Shown here in pieces: positions 18,449-27,557 of a stretch of 30,964 nt of DNA. A program made the translations under genes and the position numbers. Source of the stretch: a virus. Lineage: Duplodnaviria > Caudoviricetes. Under the pieces are notes generated by a model that saw only the letters and a program-made list of their open reading frames with translations, was not told the origin of the DNA and searched no databases. The stretch lies in IMG/VR virus record IMGVR_UViG_3300033067_001643, positions 1 to 30,964 of that record; one strand, 5' to 3'. Position 1 is the first letter of the stretch; every line of letters begins with the position of its first letter.

Positions 18449-21400
18449 ATGGCCCGTATCTCTCGTAATTCGTTTTCTCGTGGTAAAAACCGCGTCAAGG
18501 TTGTCGAGCAGATCGGCATCCCTGTCGTTGACTCGGAATTCAACGAGGCGCAGGACATCCTCAGGGTTCAGAGCGCCGAGAACGCCATGGCGGCCATGTG
18601 TTCGCTACGGGCGACGACGTCTGGGCGGATTGCCACCGGCTTCACGGTTGGAGAGGAGTGGCAGCCTTACTCTACGGGCACCAATACGATTTTCATCAAG
18701 AAGGGTGCTCTCTTCTTCGATGGCTTCCAGCTCGTGTTGGATGCGGACCTCGACCTTGCCTCGGTAGGCGTCGTCTTCGGCGACACCGGCGTTACCTACA
18801 AGGTCGGCCTGATCTACGTCGATGTCGTGTTCGGAGAGAAAGACTCGACTACGGACGCGAGCATCGCCATTCCGAACGTTGGCGAAGCGTCTGTTCGCCA
18901 AGTCTGCTCCATGACGTGGAACAAGGTCGAGATCACGCAGGTCGACCCCAACAACGACACCTGGGAAGACGCCTTTGCCGCCGCTGCCGCCCTGCCCATC
19001 GTTGCAGATGCAGCGGTCTGGAAGGGCAACACTGCGCGGATCTTCATCGCCAAGTACGAGCGCGTCGGAGCCATCATCGAGGCTGGCCGTTCGTACGGCA
19101 TGAGCCAGTCGACGACGGGCGATTACAACCAAAAGCAGACGTTCCCCAAATTCCTGAAAGGTGGCAGCGCTGCTACCGCCACTGACGACGCTTACAACGC
19201 AGGTGAAGACGGCATCACGTACTGGGATGTTACTAGTTCGCGTTTGCACATTGGCACGATGCTCAGCGGCGGGAGTAGCTATGCGGGCGGCCTTCAGCTT
19301 CGTAAAGCCGGACATCGTCGCCACGTCATCGCAAACCGAGCCGCTGCTGGCTGGGATCGTGGCACTGGAACCACGGTCAACGGATCGTCCATTGCGTACG
19401 ATATTACGGCAGGCTGGGTTATTCCCGACGGCTCCGCGCTTGGCTACATCGCTCCGCAGCCGACGGCCGTGGCGAACTGCATGGAGACCAAGATCGGTGA
19501 TACGAACCTCATCACCGATAACGTTCGATCCATCGGCGGGACTGTTGGAAACGCTACCAGTCGTCCGCTCGTTGTTCTGTCCTTGGCAACGTTCGGCGAC
19601 AACCCTAGCCCGAGTACGTTCATCATTTGCTACCGGCAGGGCAACGACTTGATCTGGTGGAACGGGCGCGTCACTCGAGGAAACGCGTCTCAACCTGTCT
19701 TTGACGATCCGACGCTCGCCCTAAACTCGGATTACACCTTTATTGCGTCCCAGAGCGGGCACGGGCACGGCAGCCAGTCGTACGCGCTCGAGGCCGGCAT
19801 GTCGCTTCTCGCATCTGGAGGAGGCAGCGGAGCACTGGGTCTCAGCCGTCATCTCAAGACCCTTGGTAAGAGAGGCTCCTGGGCGCTCGCCCGCAGGGTT
19901 CATAAATACGGCACTGCGGCCGAAGCTGCATCGATGCTCGCGCAATACTCTTCGAGCAACAATCGGATCGAGCTCGAAGGAGACGGCCCCGGTCACTCGC
20001 TCCTCGACATGTGGGCTGTCTACAGCACGGGGCGTGTGAACGGAGACATTGCGGACGTCGAGCTGCGGGCTCACCGAATTGTCCTCCGTAATATGACTTT
20101 CAAGTACAGCACCACGGTCAACCAATCGCCGGATGCCACGCACCGTCACGCTTACCTGATGTACTTGCAGGGAGCGGAGGTCATCCTCGAGAACTGCCAC
20201 TTCGAGGGCGGCGGCCTCTACATCAACGCCAATCACGTCACGCTCAAGGGGTGCACGTTCACGGGCGGAAACTGGACTGGCTGGGACCACTGGGGAACGG
20301 CGGGTTCCAACTTCGTCGCGCAGCAGCTCTTTCTCGAGGGCACCACGCTGCCGTACACCGTCACGCGCGGCTCTAAATGGCTCATCGAGGACTGCCAATT
20401 CGAGGTCGGCCGAGACCAGGGCACGCACGCCTCTGTCGTCGTGAAGCCATGGGCGTCGGGCTACCAGCAGACGCGCGTAGCCTTCCGTGGCTGCAAGTGG
20501 CGTTACATCCACGTGGACGCCAAGATCCCTTCGCTCGACATCCGCAACACCGTCGGCGAAATCTTGGTCGACAACTGCACGTTCGCGGAGGCTCGAGGCG
20601 TCCCGAAGGCGGGCACGACGACGTCCTACTCCTCCAACAGCTATGCCGGGTCTCTGAACAGCTTGGCGATCGGGACGTCGTACAACACGGCTGCATACAT
20701 CGCGGCCACGTACGGCCGAGCAGCGACCAGCAAGCTCGTCGTGCGCGAGTGCAGCTTCTCCATGGGAAGCATCGGCGACGGTGCATCGGCTGCCAAGTAC
20801 GTGCTCTGGGCTGCGATGGCTGTTCTCTCCAACGGCAACCACACCGCCAATCCGGCCGTCTACAACGTCAAGTTCATCGACAACTACGTCCAGATGTTCG
20901 TGGACAACACGGGAGCCAGCGCAGGGTGGGGCGCGAGCACGGCCAGTAGCCTTCAGCCCGTGATCTACGGCTTCATCTGCGGTCTCGACACTCCGCACAC
21001 CGGACTCGTCGCGTCGCATCTCATCGAGCACATCGAGGTGTCCGGAAATCGCTTTGATCTTGGCGGCCACACCACGGGACCGTTCGCGTGGCGCTCGATC
21101 ATCAGCCGCATGGATCAGGCGGGCAACTGGGTGGACCACACGAGCTGCGCCGTCGGCATCATTCTCAGCGCGCAGGCTGTTACCGGCGTTGCGGCTGCCA
21201 ACGGCCGATCCATCAAGGTGAACAGGAACGTCATTTCTCAGCGAGCCGTTGCATCGACGGGCGCAAACCCGGCATATCAGACGTCACTCGCCACGCTCAG
21301 CGGTCAGGCTCCGCCCGCTGATACCAAGCTCTGGGTATTCGTACCAATCATGCTTTGCTCCGGCATGACGTATATGGCCGTGAGCAACGGTGTCACCTCT

Positions 21401-21775
21401 GCGGACGCTCTCTCCGGAGGGAAGATCGCGTCGTTCGAGATTTGCGACAACCAAATCGTTCACGTCGCGTTCTTGGGTGACATCAACAGCGGCGTCTACT
21501 CGAACATCTTCTTCAACGCACGGCAGGGTCTCATCGCGAGGAACCAGCTCGTGCTTCCGAACAGCGTCACCACTGTCCACAATCTTGATGGAGTGGACTC
21601 GAACCAAGTTCTCGTGGCCGAGAACTACGGGCAAGGTGTCGTCTTCTTCTACCTCAACACTTCCGGCACCTGCTACGCGAGCGGGAACCGCATGGCCGCC
21701 ACGGCCGCGTTCTTCTCCGGAGCCGGCACGGTCGACAACTTGTACGACGGCGGCGCCTCGGGCGACAACTGGTAA
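18449..21775 (+). CDS. Tail fibre/tailspike: DUF6519-like N-terminal anchor and pectin-lyase-like right-handed beta-helix (putative depolymerase)
   Basis: ISRNSF...V..Q.G.P.VDSEFNE at the N-terminus; repeated I.ENC.F, LKGCTF, IEDCQF, VDNCTF, VSGNRF rungs. Confidence 0.8.
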   Translation: MARISRNSFSRGKNRVKVVEQIGIPVVDSEFNEAQDILRVQSAENAMAAMCSLRATTSGRIATGFTVGEEWQPYSTGTNTIFIKKGALFFDGFQLVLDADLDLASVGVVFGDTGVTYKVGLIYVDVVFGEKDSTTDASIAIPNVGEASVRQVCSMTWNKVEITQVDPNNDTWEDAFAAAAALPIVADAAVWKGNTARIFIAKYERVGAIIEAGRSYGMSQSTTGDYNQKQTFPKFLKGGSAATATDDAYNAGEDGITYWDVTSSRLHIGTMLSGGSSYAGGLQLRKAGHRRHVIANRAAAGWDRGTGTTVNGSSIAYDITAGWVIPDGSALGYIAPQPTAVANCMETKIGDTNLITDNVRSIGGTVGNATSRPLVVLSLATFGDNPSPSTFIICYRQGNDLIWWNGRVTRGNASQPVFDDPTLALNSDYTFIASQSGHGHGSQSYALEAGMSLLASGGGSGALGLSRHLKTLGKRGSWALARRVHKYGTAAEAASMLAQYSSSNNRIELEGDGPGHSLLDMWAVYSTGRVNGDIADVELRAHRIVLRNMTFKYSTTVNQSPDATHRHAYLMYLQGAEVILENCHFEGGGLYINANHVTLKGCTFTGGNWTGWDHWGTAGSNFVAQQLFLEGTTLPYTVTRGSKWLIEDCQFEVGRDQGTHASVVVKPWASGYQQTRVAFRGCKWRYIHVDAKIPSLDIRNTVGEILVDNCTFAEARGVPKAGTTTSYSSNSYAGSLNSLAIGTSYNTAAYIAATYGRAATSKLVVRECSFSMGSIGDGASAAKYVLWAAMAVLSNGNHTANPAVYNVKFIDNYVQMFVDNTGASAGWGASTASSLQPVIYGFICGLDTPHTGLVASHLIEHIEVSGNRFDLGGHTTGPFAWRSIISRMDQAGNWVDHTSCAVGIILSAQAVTGVAAANGRSIKVNRNVISQRAVASTGANPAYQTSLATLSGQAPPADTKLWVFVPIMLCSGMTYMAVSNGVTSADALSGGKIASFEICDNQIVHVAFLGDINSGVYSNIFFNARQGLIARNQLVLPNSVTTVHNLDGVDSNQVLVAENYGQGVVFFYLNTSGTCYASGNRMAATAAFFSGAGTVDNLYDGGASGDNW

Positions 21776-21787
21776 GGAGGGACTAGT

Positions 21788-22174
21788 ATGGATTTCGACT
21801 TCAATACAGCACTCGGACTTCTCAAGCAGGAGGCGTGGCTCCCGCTGGGTATCCTCATCGTCGGCTACTTCGTCCGTCTCTTCGCGGACGACACGAAGAT
21901 CCCGGCGGCGATCCCGAAGCACTGGCAATCCACGGTCATCGCGGCGCTTGGCTGGTTTTACGGCCTGCTCCTCGCACTGCCGGACTGGAAGAAGGGTCTA
22001 GCGCCAGGCATGCTCGTCGTCGTGGTCACGCTGGCTATCCGCGCGTACTACACGAACCGTCCTGAGCCTGGGTGGCTGAAACTTCTCGCGCTCGTCGAGA
22101 AGAAAAAGGATGACGCGGGACAGTCCATCCCCGTCGTCGTAGACTCCACGGACTTCAAGAAGGAGAAAAGCTAA
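21788..22174 (+). CDS. Holin-like membrane protein (about 3 TM segments)
   Basis: Three hydrophobic segments and a charged C-terminus; AAGGAGG SD; follows the fibre gene. Confidence 0.5.
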   Translation: MDFDFNTALGLLKQEAWLPLGILIVGYFVRLFADDTKIPAAIPKHWQSTVIAALGWFYGLLLALPDWKKGLAPGMLVVVVTLAIRAYYTNRPEPGWLKLLALVEKKKDDAGQSIPVVVDSTDFKKEKS

Positions 22175-22578
22175 TGTCTGTTCAAGCATCTGCTGCGGTT
22201 CGTAACGCTATCCTCGACGCCATCGAGACCCTCATCGGTACCGCCCCAAAGCTGCGCTACTACACCGGCGCTATGCCGGCGAACTGCGCAACGGCGGCGT
22301 CGGGTACGCTTCTCGTCGAGATGTCTCTGCCGTCCGACTGGATGGCCGCCGCATCGGCGGGATCGAAATCCAAATCGGGAACTTGGTCCGGCACGGCATC
22401 TGGAACCGGCAGCGCTGGGTACTACCGGATCTACGATACCGCCGGCACCAACTGTCATTGGCAGGGTACGATCACGGCGACGGGCGGCGGCGGCGACCTC
22501 ACACTCGACAACGTTTCGATCGCGTCTGGCCAGCCGGTCACGCAAAACTCGTTCGACATCCTCGCTGCGAACGCGTAA
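22174..22578 (+). CDS. Small conserved phage virion/fibre subunit
   Basis: VRNA.LDAIE..IG..P.L..YTG..PA.CA...GTLL...LPSDW...GTW...G.GGD is a recognisable phage structural family that often precedes repeat proteins. Confidence 0.65.
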   Translation: MSVQASAAVRNAILDAIETLIGTAPKLRYYTGAMPANCATAASGTLLVEMSLPSDWMAAASAGSKSKSGTWSGTASGTGSAGYYRIYDTAGTNCHWQGTITATGGGGDLTLDNVSIASGQPVTQNSFDILAANA

Positions 22579-22582
22579 CCGC

Positions 22583-22675
22583 TAGTGTGATTAGGGCGTT
22601 TTCTAGGAGGGCCTGAGCATGGCATTGCCGTACGCGCTTCTCGGGAGCGCCCTAAAAGCACACTATTACTCTTTT
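22583..22675 (+). promoter_or_regulatory. Long imperfect RNA hairpin that sequesters an SD, followed by a U-rich tail
   Basis: TAGTGTG 22583-89 pairs with CACACTA 22659-65; TTAGGGCG 22591-98 with CGCCCTAA 22648-55; 22599-609 with 22637-47 using G-U pairs; then TTACTCTTTT. Confidence 0.7.
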
Positions 22676-22693
22676 GACGGGGTGGTTCGATGA
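22619..22693 (+). CDS. 24-aa leader ORF MALPYALLGSALKAHYYSFDGVVR
   Basis: AGGAGG at 22605-10 with 8-nt spacing; ATGA overlap with the start at 22690; similar to the N-terminus of that protein. Confidence 0.6.
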   Translation: MALPYALLGSALKAHYYSFDGVVR

Positions 22694-24573
22694 CACTTCC
22701 CGCAGCTCTCTGGCCGTCTGACACTAAGGCGTTTTTCGGAGAGAACTACAACTCGTCGACAGGTCACTGGATCGATGACAAGGCCATCGCTTCCGATCTC
22801 ACGCAAGCGACCTCCGGCTCGCGGCCGACAGCGGATACAAGCACCGCTCCGAGCGGTCGAAAGATCCTCAACTTCAATGGCACTCAGTGGTTCAACACTG
22901 GCGGAGCAGTCCCGAGCGCCAGCCTTGCGACATGGACCGGCTCGGGCAAATGGGTTGAATTCTTCATCCTGAAGCTCAACGCGCTACAGGATAGCGACTT
23001 CTACCGCTTCATCGACTTCAACAACGACTACTTCCTACATTTCTACGGTCAGCTCTGGCGCTGGGGTGCAACGTCGGACGTGAACCTCGACCTCACCGTC
23101 GTTAGGGTCATCTTCGTCGCGGACGCCGCTACAGGTGTCGGAACTCTCTACATCAACGGCACTGCGCAAACCTCGACGGCGACAGGTCTTACAACGGCGC
23201 TTCGGACGGAGTGGACGAACGACAAGTCTGTTGGAGCGACGAGCGCTGGATCTGAGGCTTCCGACTGCAAGATTGGTTGTTTTGGCCTTATTCAGCGTGC
23301 AACGTTCGGCTCGACCGAGATCGCCTCGCTCGATGCCGCCATGTCGGAATGGTGGTCGACGCCTGCGGGCGGAGGCGGCGTCAACGGCGCGGCGTCCACT
23401 ACGCTTGCCGCACTCACCACATCCGCTGCGGGCTCTGTAAAGGTCAACGGCGCTGCCGCTAAGACGATCGGCGCGCTTACCACGTCGGCGGCCGGCTCCG
23501 TAGCTCTCAACGGCGCGGCGAGCAAAACGCTGGGTGCGCTCACCACGAATGCTGCGGGCTCTGTCGCCGTAAACGCCGCCGCAAGCAAGACGCTCGGAGC
23601 GCTCACAACGAGTGCGGCTGGCTCCGTAGGAATCACTGGCATTGCCAGCTCGATCCTCGGCGCCTTGCTGACCTCGGCCGCAGGCAATCCGCAGGTTACT
23701 GGCGCTGCAAGCAAAACGCTCGATCCTCTTACGAGCACGGCGGCTGGCTCCGTCAGCGTGAACGGTGCTGCCAGCAAAGCGCTCGACCCGCTCACGACAT
23801 CGGCAGCCGGAAGCGTCGCCGTCAATGGTGCGGCGAACATCACGATCGGCGCACTCGTAACGAACGCGGCCGGAAGCGTCTCGGTGAATGCTTCGGCGGC
23901 TGCAACCCTCGCAGCCCTCACTACTTCTGCGGCTGGCGTCGTCGGCTCGCTCGGCACTATCACTGGTGATGCGAGCACGACTCTTGCGGCACTCACTTCG
24001 ACGGCGACCGGCAGCGTTGCTGTCAACGGCGGGGCGAGCTGCACTTTGGGTGCGTTTGCCACCGTCGCTGCCGGATCTGTCACTAATCAGGGAAACGCCA
24101 CCGTCACGCTGGGCGCGTTGACGTCGATCGGAGCCGGTAATCCGGACGTCCGAGGAAACGTCAGCACTACGCTTGCTCCTCTCACGGGCTTGGCGACGGG
24201 CTCTGTCAGCATCACGGGTGCCGCTCAGGCCACACTTGCTCCGCTGACGACCGTTGGAGATGGCCACGTTCCGCTGGCGAACCGCATCGGTGATGCGAGT
24301 GTCGTCTTCGGAGCGTTCATGACGAATGCCCAAGGCTCCGTGGCTGTCTCTGGCCAGGCGTCTGCTACGTTGGGTGCCCTCTACACTGTCGCCCGAGCTG
24401 TCGGCTTCCTCTCTTACGCTGGAGAGCCGCAACCGTCGGCGGTTGGAGGAAGTGTCACCGCTCCGCGTCAGCCGAACGCTGTCGCTGGTGGTGTTGTCGT
24501 CTCTCCGCGGCAGCAGAATTCTGTCGGCGGCGGGGCTACCGTTCCGTCCAAACAACCCAAGCCGAAGAGGTAA
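22690..24573 (+). CDS. Fibre protein: N-terminal LamG-like domain plus 16 tandem 21-aa repeats
   Basis: W.D....LTQ.T...RPT....G..L.F.G.QW N-terminal domain; repeat consensus VNGAASKTLGALTTSAAGSVA. Confidence 0.75.
   Translation: MTLPAALWPSDTKAFFGENYNSSTGHWIDDKAIASDLTQATSGSRPTADTSTAPSGRKILNFNGTQWFNTGGAVPSASLATWTGSGKWVEFFILKLNALQDSDFYRFIDFNNDYFLHFYGQLWRWGATSDVNLDLTVVRVIFVADAATGVGTLYINGTAQTSTATGLTTALRTEWTNDKSVGATSAGSEASDCKIGCFGLIQRATFGSTEIASLDAAMSEWWSTPAGGGGVNGAASTTLAALTTSAAGSVKVNGAAAKTIGALTTSAAGSVALNGAASKTLGALTTNAAGSVAVNAAASKTLGALTTSAAGSVGITGIASSILGALLTSAAGNPQVTGAASKTLDPLTSTAAGSVSVNGAASKALDPLTTSAAGSVAVNGAANITIGALVTNAAGSVSVNASAAATLAALTTSAAGVVGSLGTITGDASTTLAALTSTATGSVAVNGGASCTLGAFATVAAGSVTNQGNATVTLGALTSIGAGNPDVRGNVSTTLAPLTGLATGSVSITGAAQATLAPLTTVGDGHVPLANRIGDASVVFGAFMTNAQGSVAVSGQASATLGALYTVARAVGFLSYAGEPQPSAVGGSVTAPRQPNAVAGGVVVSPRQQNSVGGGATVPSKQPKPKR
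23380..24408 (+). repeat. Coding tandem repeat, about 63-nt/21-aa unit x16
   Basis: Counted in the translation; units diverge at synonymous positions. Confidence 0.9.
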
Positions 24574-24575
24574 CC

Positions 24576-25223
24576 ATGGCTGCCAAGATTTACTGGACCC
24601 CCGATCTTTCCCAGGCCATCACGTCGTTCACCGTCTATCGGAGCGACGACAAGGGCGCGAGCTACACGCAGGTGGCTCTCATCCCGTTCAACGTCGCGGG
24701 GCCGAACTACGACAAGCAGAGCCGGCAATTCTTCTACGACGACTCGAGTGGTGACGTCGGCTTCGTCTACCGCATCGTCGCGTCCGGCAACGCAGGGGAC
24801 AGTGATCCGCTCACGATCATCACTGCGCCGGCTGAGCCGTCTCTCTGCACTGTCATCGGGTATGTGCGAGACGCTCTCGGATTCGTCGACCAAAGCATCC
24901 CTGTTTTCGTGGAGGCGACGGGCTCGACCGGCGAGCGCTGGATTCAGGGTCCTGAAGGCATCGTTGCTCAAAACGGCAGGCCGCTTCTCTTGCAGCCGCG
25001 TACGGCAACCGTGCATCCAAACGAGCACGGGCTCTGGCAGGTGGACGTCATGCGAGGAGCGTACGTGCGCATCACGATCCCTGCGCTTTCGTTCGTCTGG
25101 GCCTTCGAGGTCCCCAACGTCGCTGGCCCGGTGAACGTCAAGGATTTGCCGCAACTTCGTGGTAAAGCCCTCGAGCTTTTTGGCCCGATGAACGGCGAGC
25201 GCCTCTATCTGCCCGAATCTTAG
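24576..25223 (+). CDS. FN3-like plus beta-sandwich virion protein (possible fibre adaptor)
   Basis: IYWTP...FTVYRS...YRIVA (FN3); CTVIGYV.D..G...G.WQVD..RG..V.ITIP. Confidence 0.55.
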   Translation: MAAKIYWTPDLSQAITSFTVYRSDDKGASYTQVALIPFNVAGPNYDKQSRQFFYDDSSGDVGFVYRIVASGNAGDSDPLTIITAPAEPSLCTVIGYVRDALGFVDQSIPVFVEATGSTGERWIQGPEGIVAQNGRPLLLQPRTATVHPNEHGLWQVDVMRGAYVRITIPALSFVWAFEVPNVAGPVNVKDLPQLRGKALELFGPMNGERLYLPES

Positions 25224-25265
25224 GCGGCTATTTACTGATTAGCGCCGGCATGGCACCTTGAGGGC

Positions 25266-25676
25266 ATGCAAAAACCGACTAAGCGCTGTTCGACGTGTCG
25301 GTTGAAGAGGCCGCTGGATTCTTTCTACAAGTGCTCGCGCACTAATGACGGATTACAGACGACCTGCAAGACCTGTCACCAGAAACGGAGTAAGACCAAG
25401 GAATTCATCAGCGCGGCTACCGCGCGAAACCGGCTACGAAACACGGGCTGGTCAAAGGAACGCTACGATGCCGCCTGGCTTGCACAAGCTGGGCGTTGTC
25501 GTATCTGCGGCAAGGAGATGGAGCGAGGGTACGCCGATCATTCTCATGAGACCGGCCAGCCTCGGGATATCCTCTGCGCCAACTGTAACGGAGGGCTCGG
25601 GTTCTTCTTTGACGATCCCAAACTTCTCCGGGCTGCCATCAACTACCTGGAGCGCCATGCAAACCACTCTTTATAG
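25266..25676 (+). CDS. Endonuclease VII-family His-Me nuclease (probable homing endonuclease)
   Basis: Q.GRC.ICG...DHSHETG..R.ILC..CN.GLG.F.DDP..L..AI.YL. Confidence 0.9.
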   Translation: MQKPTKRCSTCRLKRPLDSFYKCSRTNDGLQTTCKTCHQKRSKTKEFISAATARNRLRNTGWSKERYDAAWLAQAGRCRICGKEMERGYADHSHETGQPRDILCANCNGGLGFFFDDPKLLRAAINYLERHANHSL

Positions 25677-27423
25677 CCATTTACGGGTGCCAAAGCACCT
25701 GCTCGACATGCGGCGGGTCAGAGCAGAGCTGACGATCACCAATCTCAAATACGCTGAGAAAGCCTCCATGGGTTACGCCATGAAGGAAGACGATGTCCCC
25801 GCGATCCTCTTGTACGAGGAGGACAACGATTACGTCATTCTGCCGCGAGGGTACAATCCCCCGTGGGACGCGCGAGGAGGCGGATGCCGCAACCGTCTAA
25901 TCGCAATTCCGGAGATCGTGGACCTTCGGCCCGAGTGGCCGCACGTTCCCGGCTTCCGCTTCAAGGGAGAGCTACGCGAATACCAGTACCCGGCCGTCAA
26001 CGCGCTGCGTGACGTGCAGGGCGACAAGCTTCTTTGCTTGGGCTGCGGGAAGGGAAAAACCGTCCTCGCACTCTGGTACGCCGCGGCGCTCTCGAAAAAG
26101 ACTCTAATCATCGTTGACCAGGACTTTCTGATCAACCAGTGGATGAGGCGCATCGAAAGTTACCTCGGGATCAAGGAGAAGGATATCGGCCGCGTACAAG
26201 GTAACTACTGGGGCGTCGGCAGACACATCACGATCGCGATGATACCCACGCTACGCAGGCGAGACCTGACGGCGGAATTCTGCGACCAGTTCGGGCTCAT
26301 CATCGTGGACGAGGCGCACGTGCTCGGGGCGAACCAGAGTCAGAATCTTCTGCCCTGCTTCCCTGGCGAGCGCCTCATCCTCACGGCTACGCCCGAGCGG
26401 AAGGACGGCCTGCATCCGGTGTTCCTGCTCCATGCGGGCGGGCTCAAGCCAGCGTATGTCGACCTCTCGCGCGACCAGAGCAGCCAGTGGTACTTCATCA
26501 ACCTGCCGCAGGTACTCAGCCCCGAGCAGCTCGAGGAATACATCGACGTGGGCAAAGGAAAGCGGAAGCGCAGGGTGCAGCTCGCGAAGGCCCTCTATAA
26601 GAGGATGCCCCAATGGCCGCGGCCCCGGTTCCACCGTCCGACGTACGAGACGGCTGCCGGCGTCAGCGTGGAATTCAATCTCCAAATCCTCGCCGAGGTG
26701 TTCAAGGCGCAGGCGACCGGGCGAAACGTTCTCGTGCTCGGCTCCCGCACCGACCAGCTCGAGGCGCTCGACACGGCGGCACGCGAAGAGATGGGTATGG
26801 ACTCGTCGCTCGTGACAGGCAACGTGAAGGCGGACGCGCGAGAAGAAGCGTTCAAGCATCAGGTCATCTTTGCTACTTGGCAGATCGCGGGACGCGCGCT
26901 CGATATTGAGCGCCTGGACACGCTCGTGTTGCTCTATCCCACCGACGACGACGGGTTCTTGCGCCAGGCCGTAGGGCGCATCGACCGGCTTGTGGAGGAC
27001 AAGCGAAAATCACTAGTCATTGTTTTCAACCATCCGACCTATGACAGCATTGACAGGAAAACCGACGCCATGAGATCGACCATCTTGGAGATCGACCCCG
27101 GCGCCACGATCAAGACGGTGAGCCGAGCATGCCTACTCCCACGAATCGACGAGTTTCGCGCGCTATACGATGGCGCGACAAGAGCTGGAACTGCACCTAC
27201 TCGTGGACCGACTCCAAAGGTCGCGAGCAGACCGTCAAGGGACGGAAATTCGTCATTGATGGCGTCGAGGTCGAACTCTACACCTCCGGCGCGCTCTGCT
27301 CCGTCCTCGAGAGGAATCAGCGCTGCCTCTATAAGTGGGAAAAAGCTCACGGCTTTCCGGCAGCGCTTTTCCGCGTCCGTGACAACACGATCGTCAACCG
27401 CTGGTACTCGAGAAAACAGCTAA
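25657..27423 (+). CDS. Superfamily 2 DEAH-box helicase
   Basis: LREYQ, GCGKGKT, DEAH, LTATPER.DG, QAVGRIDR; GGAG SD before ATG 25657. The last ~98 aa overlap the next gene. Confidence 0.93.
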   Translation: MQTTLYSHLRVPKHLLDMRRVRAELTITNLKYAEKASMGYAMKEDDVPAILLYEEDNDYVILPRGYNPPWDARGGGCRNRLIAIPEIVDLRPEWPHVPGFRFKGELREYQYPAVNALRDVQGDKLLCLGCGKGKTVLALWYAAALSKKTLIIVDQDFLINQWMRRIESYLGIKEKDIGRVQGNYWGVGRHITIAMIPTLRRRDLTAEFCDQFGLIIVDEAHVLGANQSQNLLPCFPGERLILTATPERKDGLHPVFLLHAGGLKPAYVDLSRDQSSQWYFINLPQVLSPEQLEEYIDVGKGKRKRRVQLAKALYKRMPQWPRPRFHRPTYETAAGVSVEFNLQILAEVFKAQATGRNVLVLGSRTDQLEALDTAAREEMGMDSSLVTGNVKADAREEAFKHQVIFATWQIAGRALDIERLDTLVLLYPTDDDGFLRQAVGRIDRLVEDKRKSLVIVFNHPTYDSIDRKTDAMRSTILEIDPGATIKTVSRACLLPRIDEFRALYDGATRAGTAPTRGPTPKVASRPSRDGNSSLMASRSNSTPPARSAPSSRGISAASISGKKLTAFRQRFSASVTTRSSTAGTRENS

Positions 27424-27557
27424 TCGGAATTTACAACGTCTGCAAAGCCTTCAACTGGCTCCAGAAGAAGGATCGCAGTAAGCTTCCCAACCTCATCGCT
27501 GCCATCAGGCAGTTCTTTTATGTGATTGACCAACCGACCAGAGACAGGACCCAATGA
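27129..27557 (+). CDS. MerR-like helix-turn-helix DNA-binding protein
   Basis: LYTSGALCSVLERNQRCLYKWEK..GFP...RWYSRKQL; GGTGAG SD; ATGA coupling to the next gene. Confidence 0.7.
   Translation: MPTPTNRRVSRAIRWRDKSWNCTYSWTDSKGREQTVKGRKFVIDGVEVELYTSGALCSVLERNQRCLYKWEKAHGFPAALFRVRDNTIVNRWYSRKQLIGIYNVCKAFNWLQKKDRSKLPNLIAAIRQFFYVIDQPTRDRTQ

Noticed and set aside
23380-24408. CRISPR-like periodic array
   Set aside because: The periodicity comes from a degenerate in-frame protein repeat, not identical repeats with unique spacers.
14531-24573. Diversity-generating retroelement or invertible fibre cassette
   Set aside because: No reverse transcriptase or invertase, and no near-identical TR/VR pair or inverted repeats seen; lectin copies are similar only at protein level.
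25231-25265. Promoter TTTACT-N17-CACCTT before the endonuclease VII gene
   Set aside because: The match to consensus is too weak to support from sequence alone.
27050-27080. TTGACA as an internal promoter for the HTH gene
   Set aside because: No acceptable -10 at 16-18 nt spacing.
27054-27128. -1 frameshift fusing the helicase to the HTH protein
   Set aside because: The frame is open but has no canonical slippery heptamer, and the HTH gene has its own SD and ATG.
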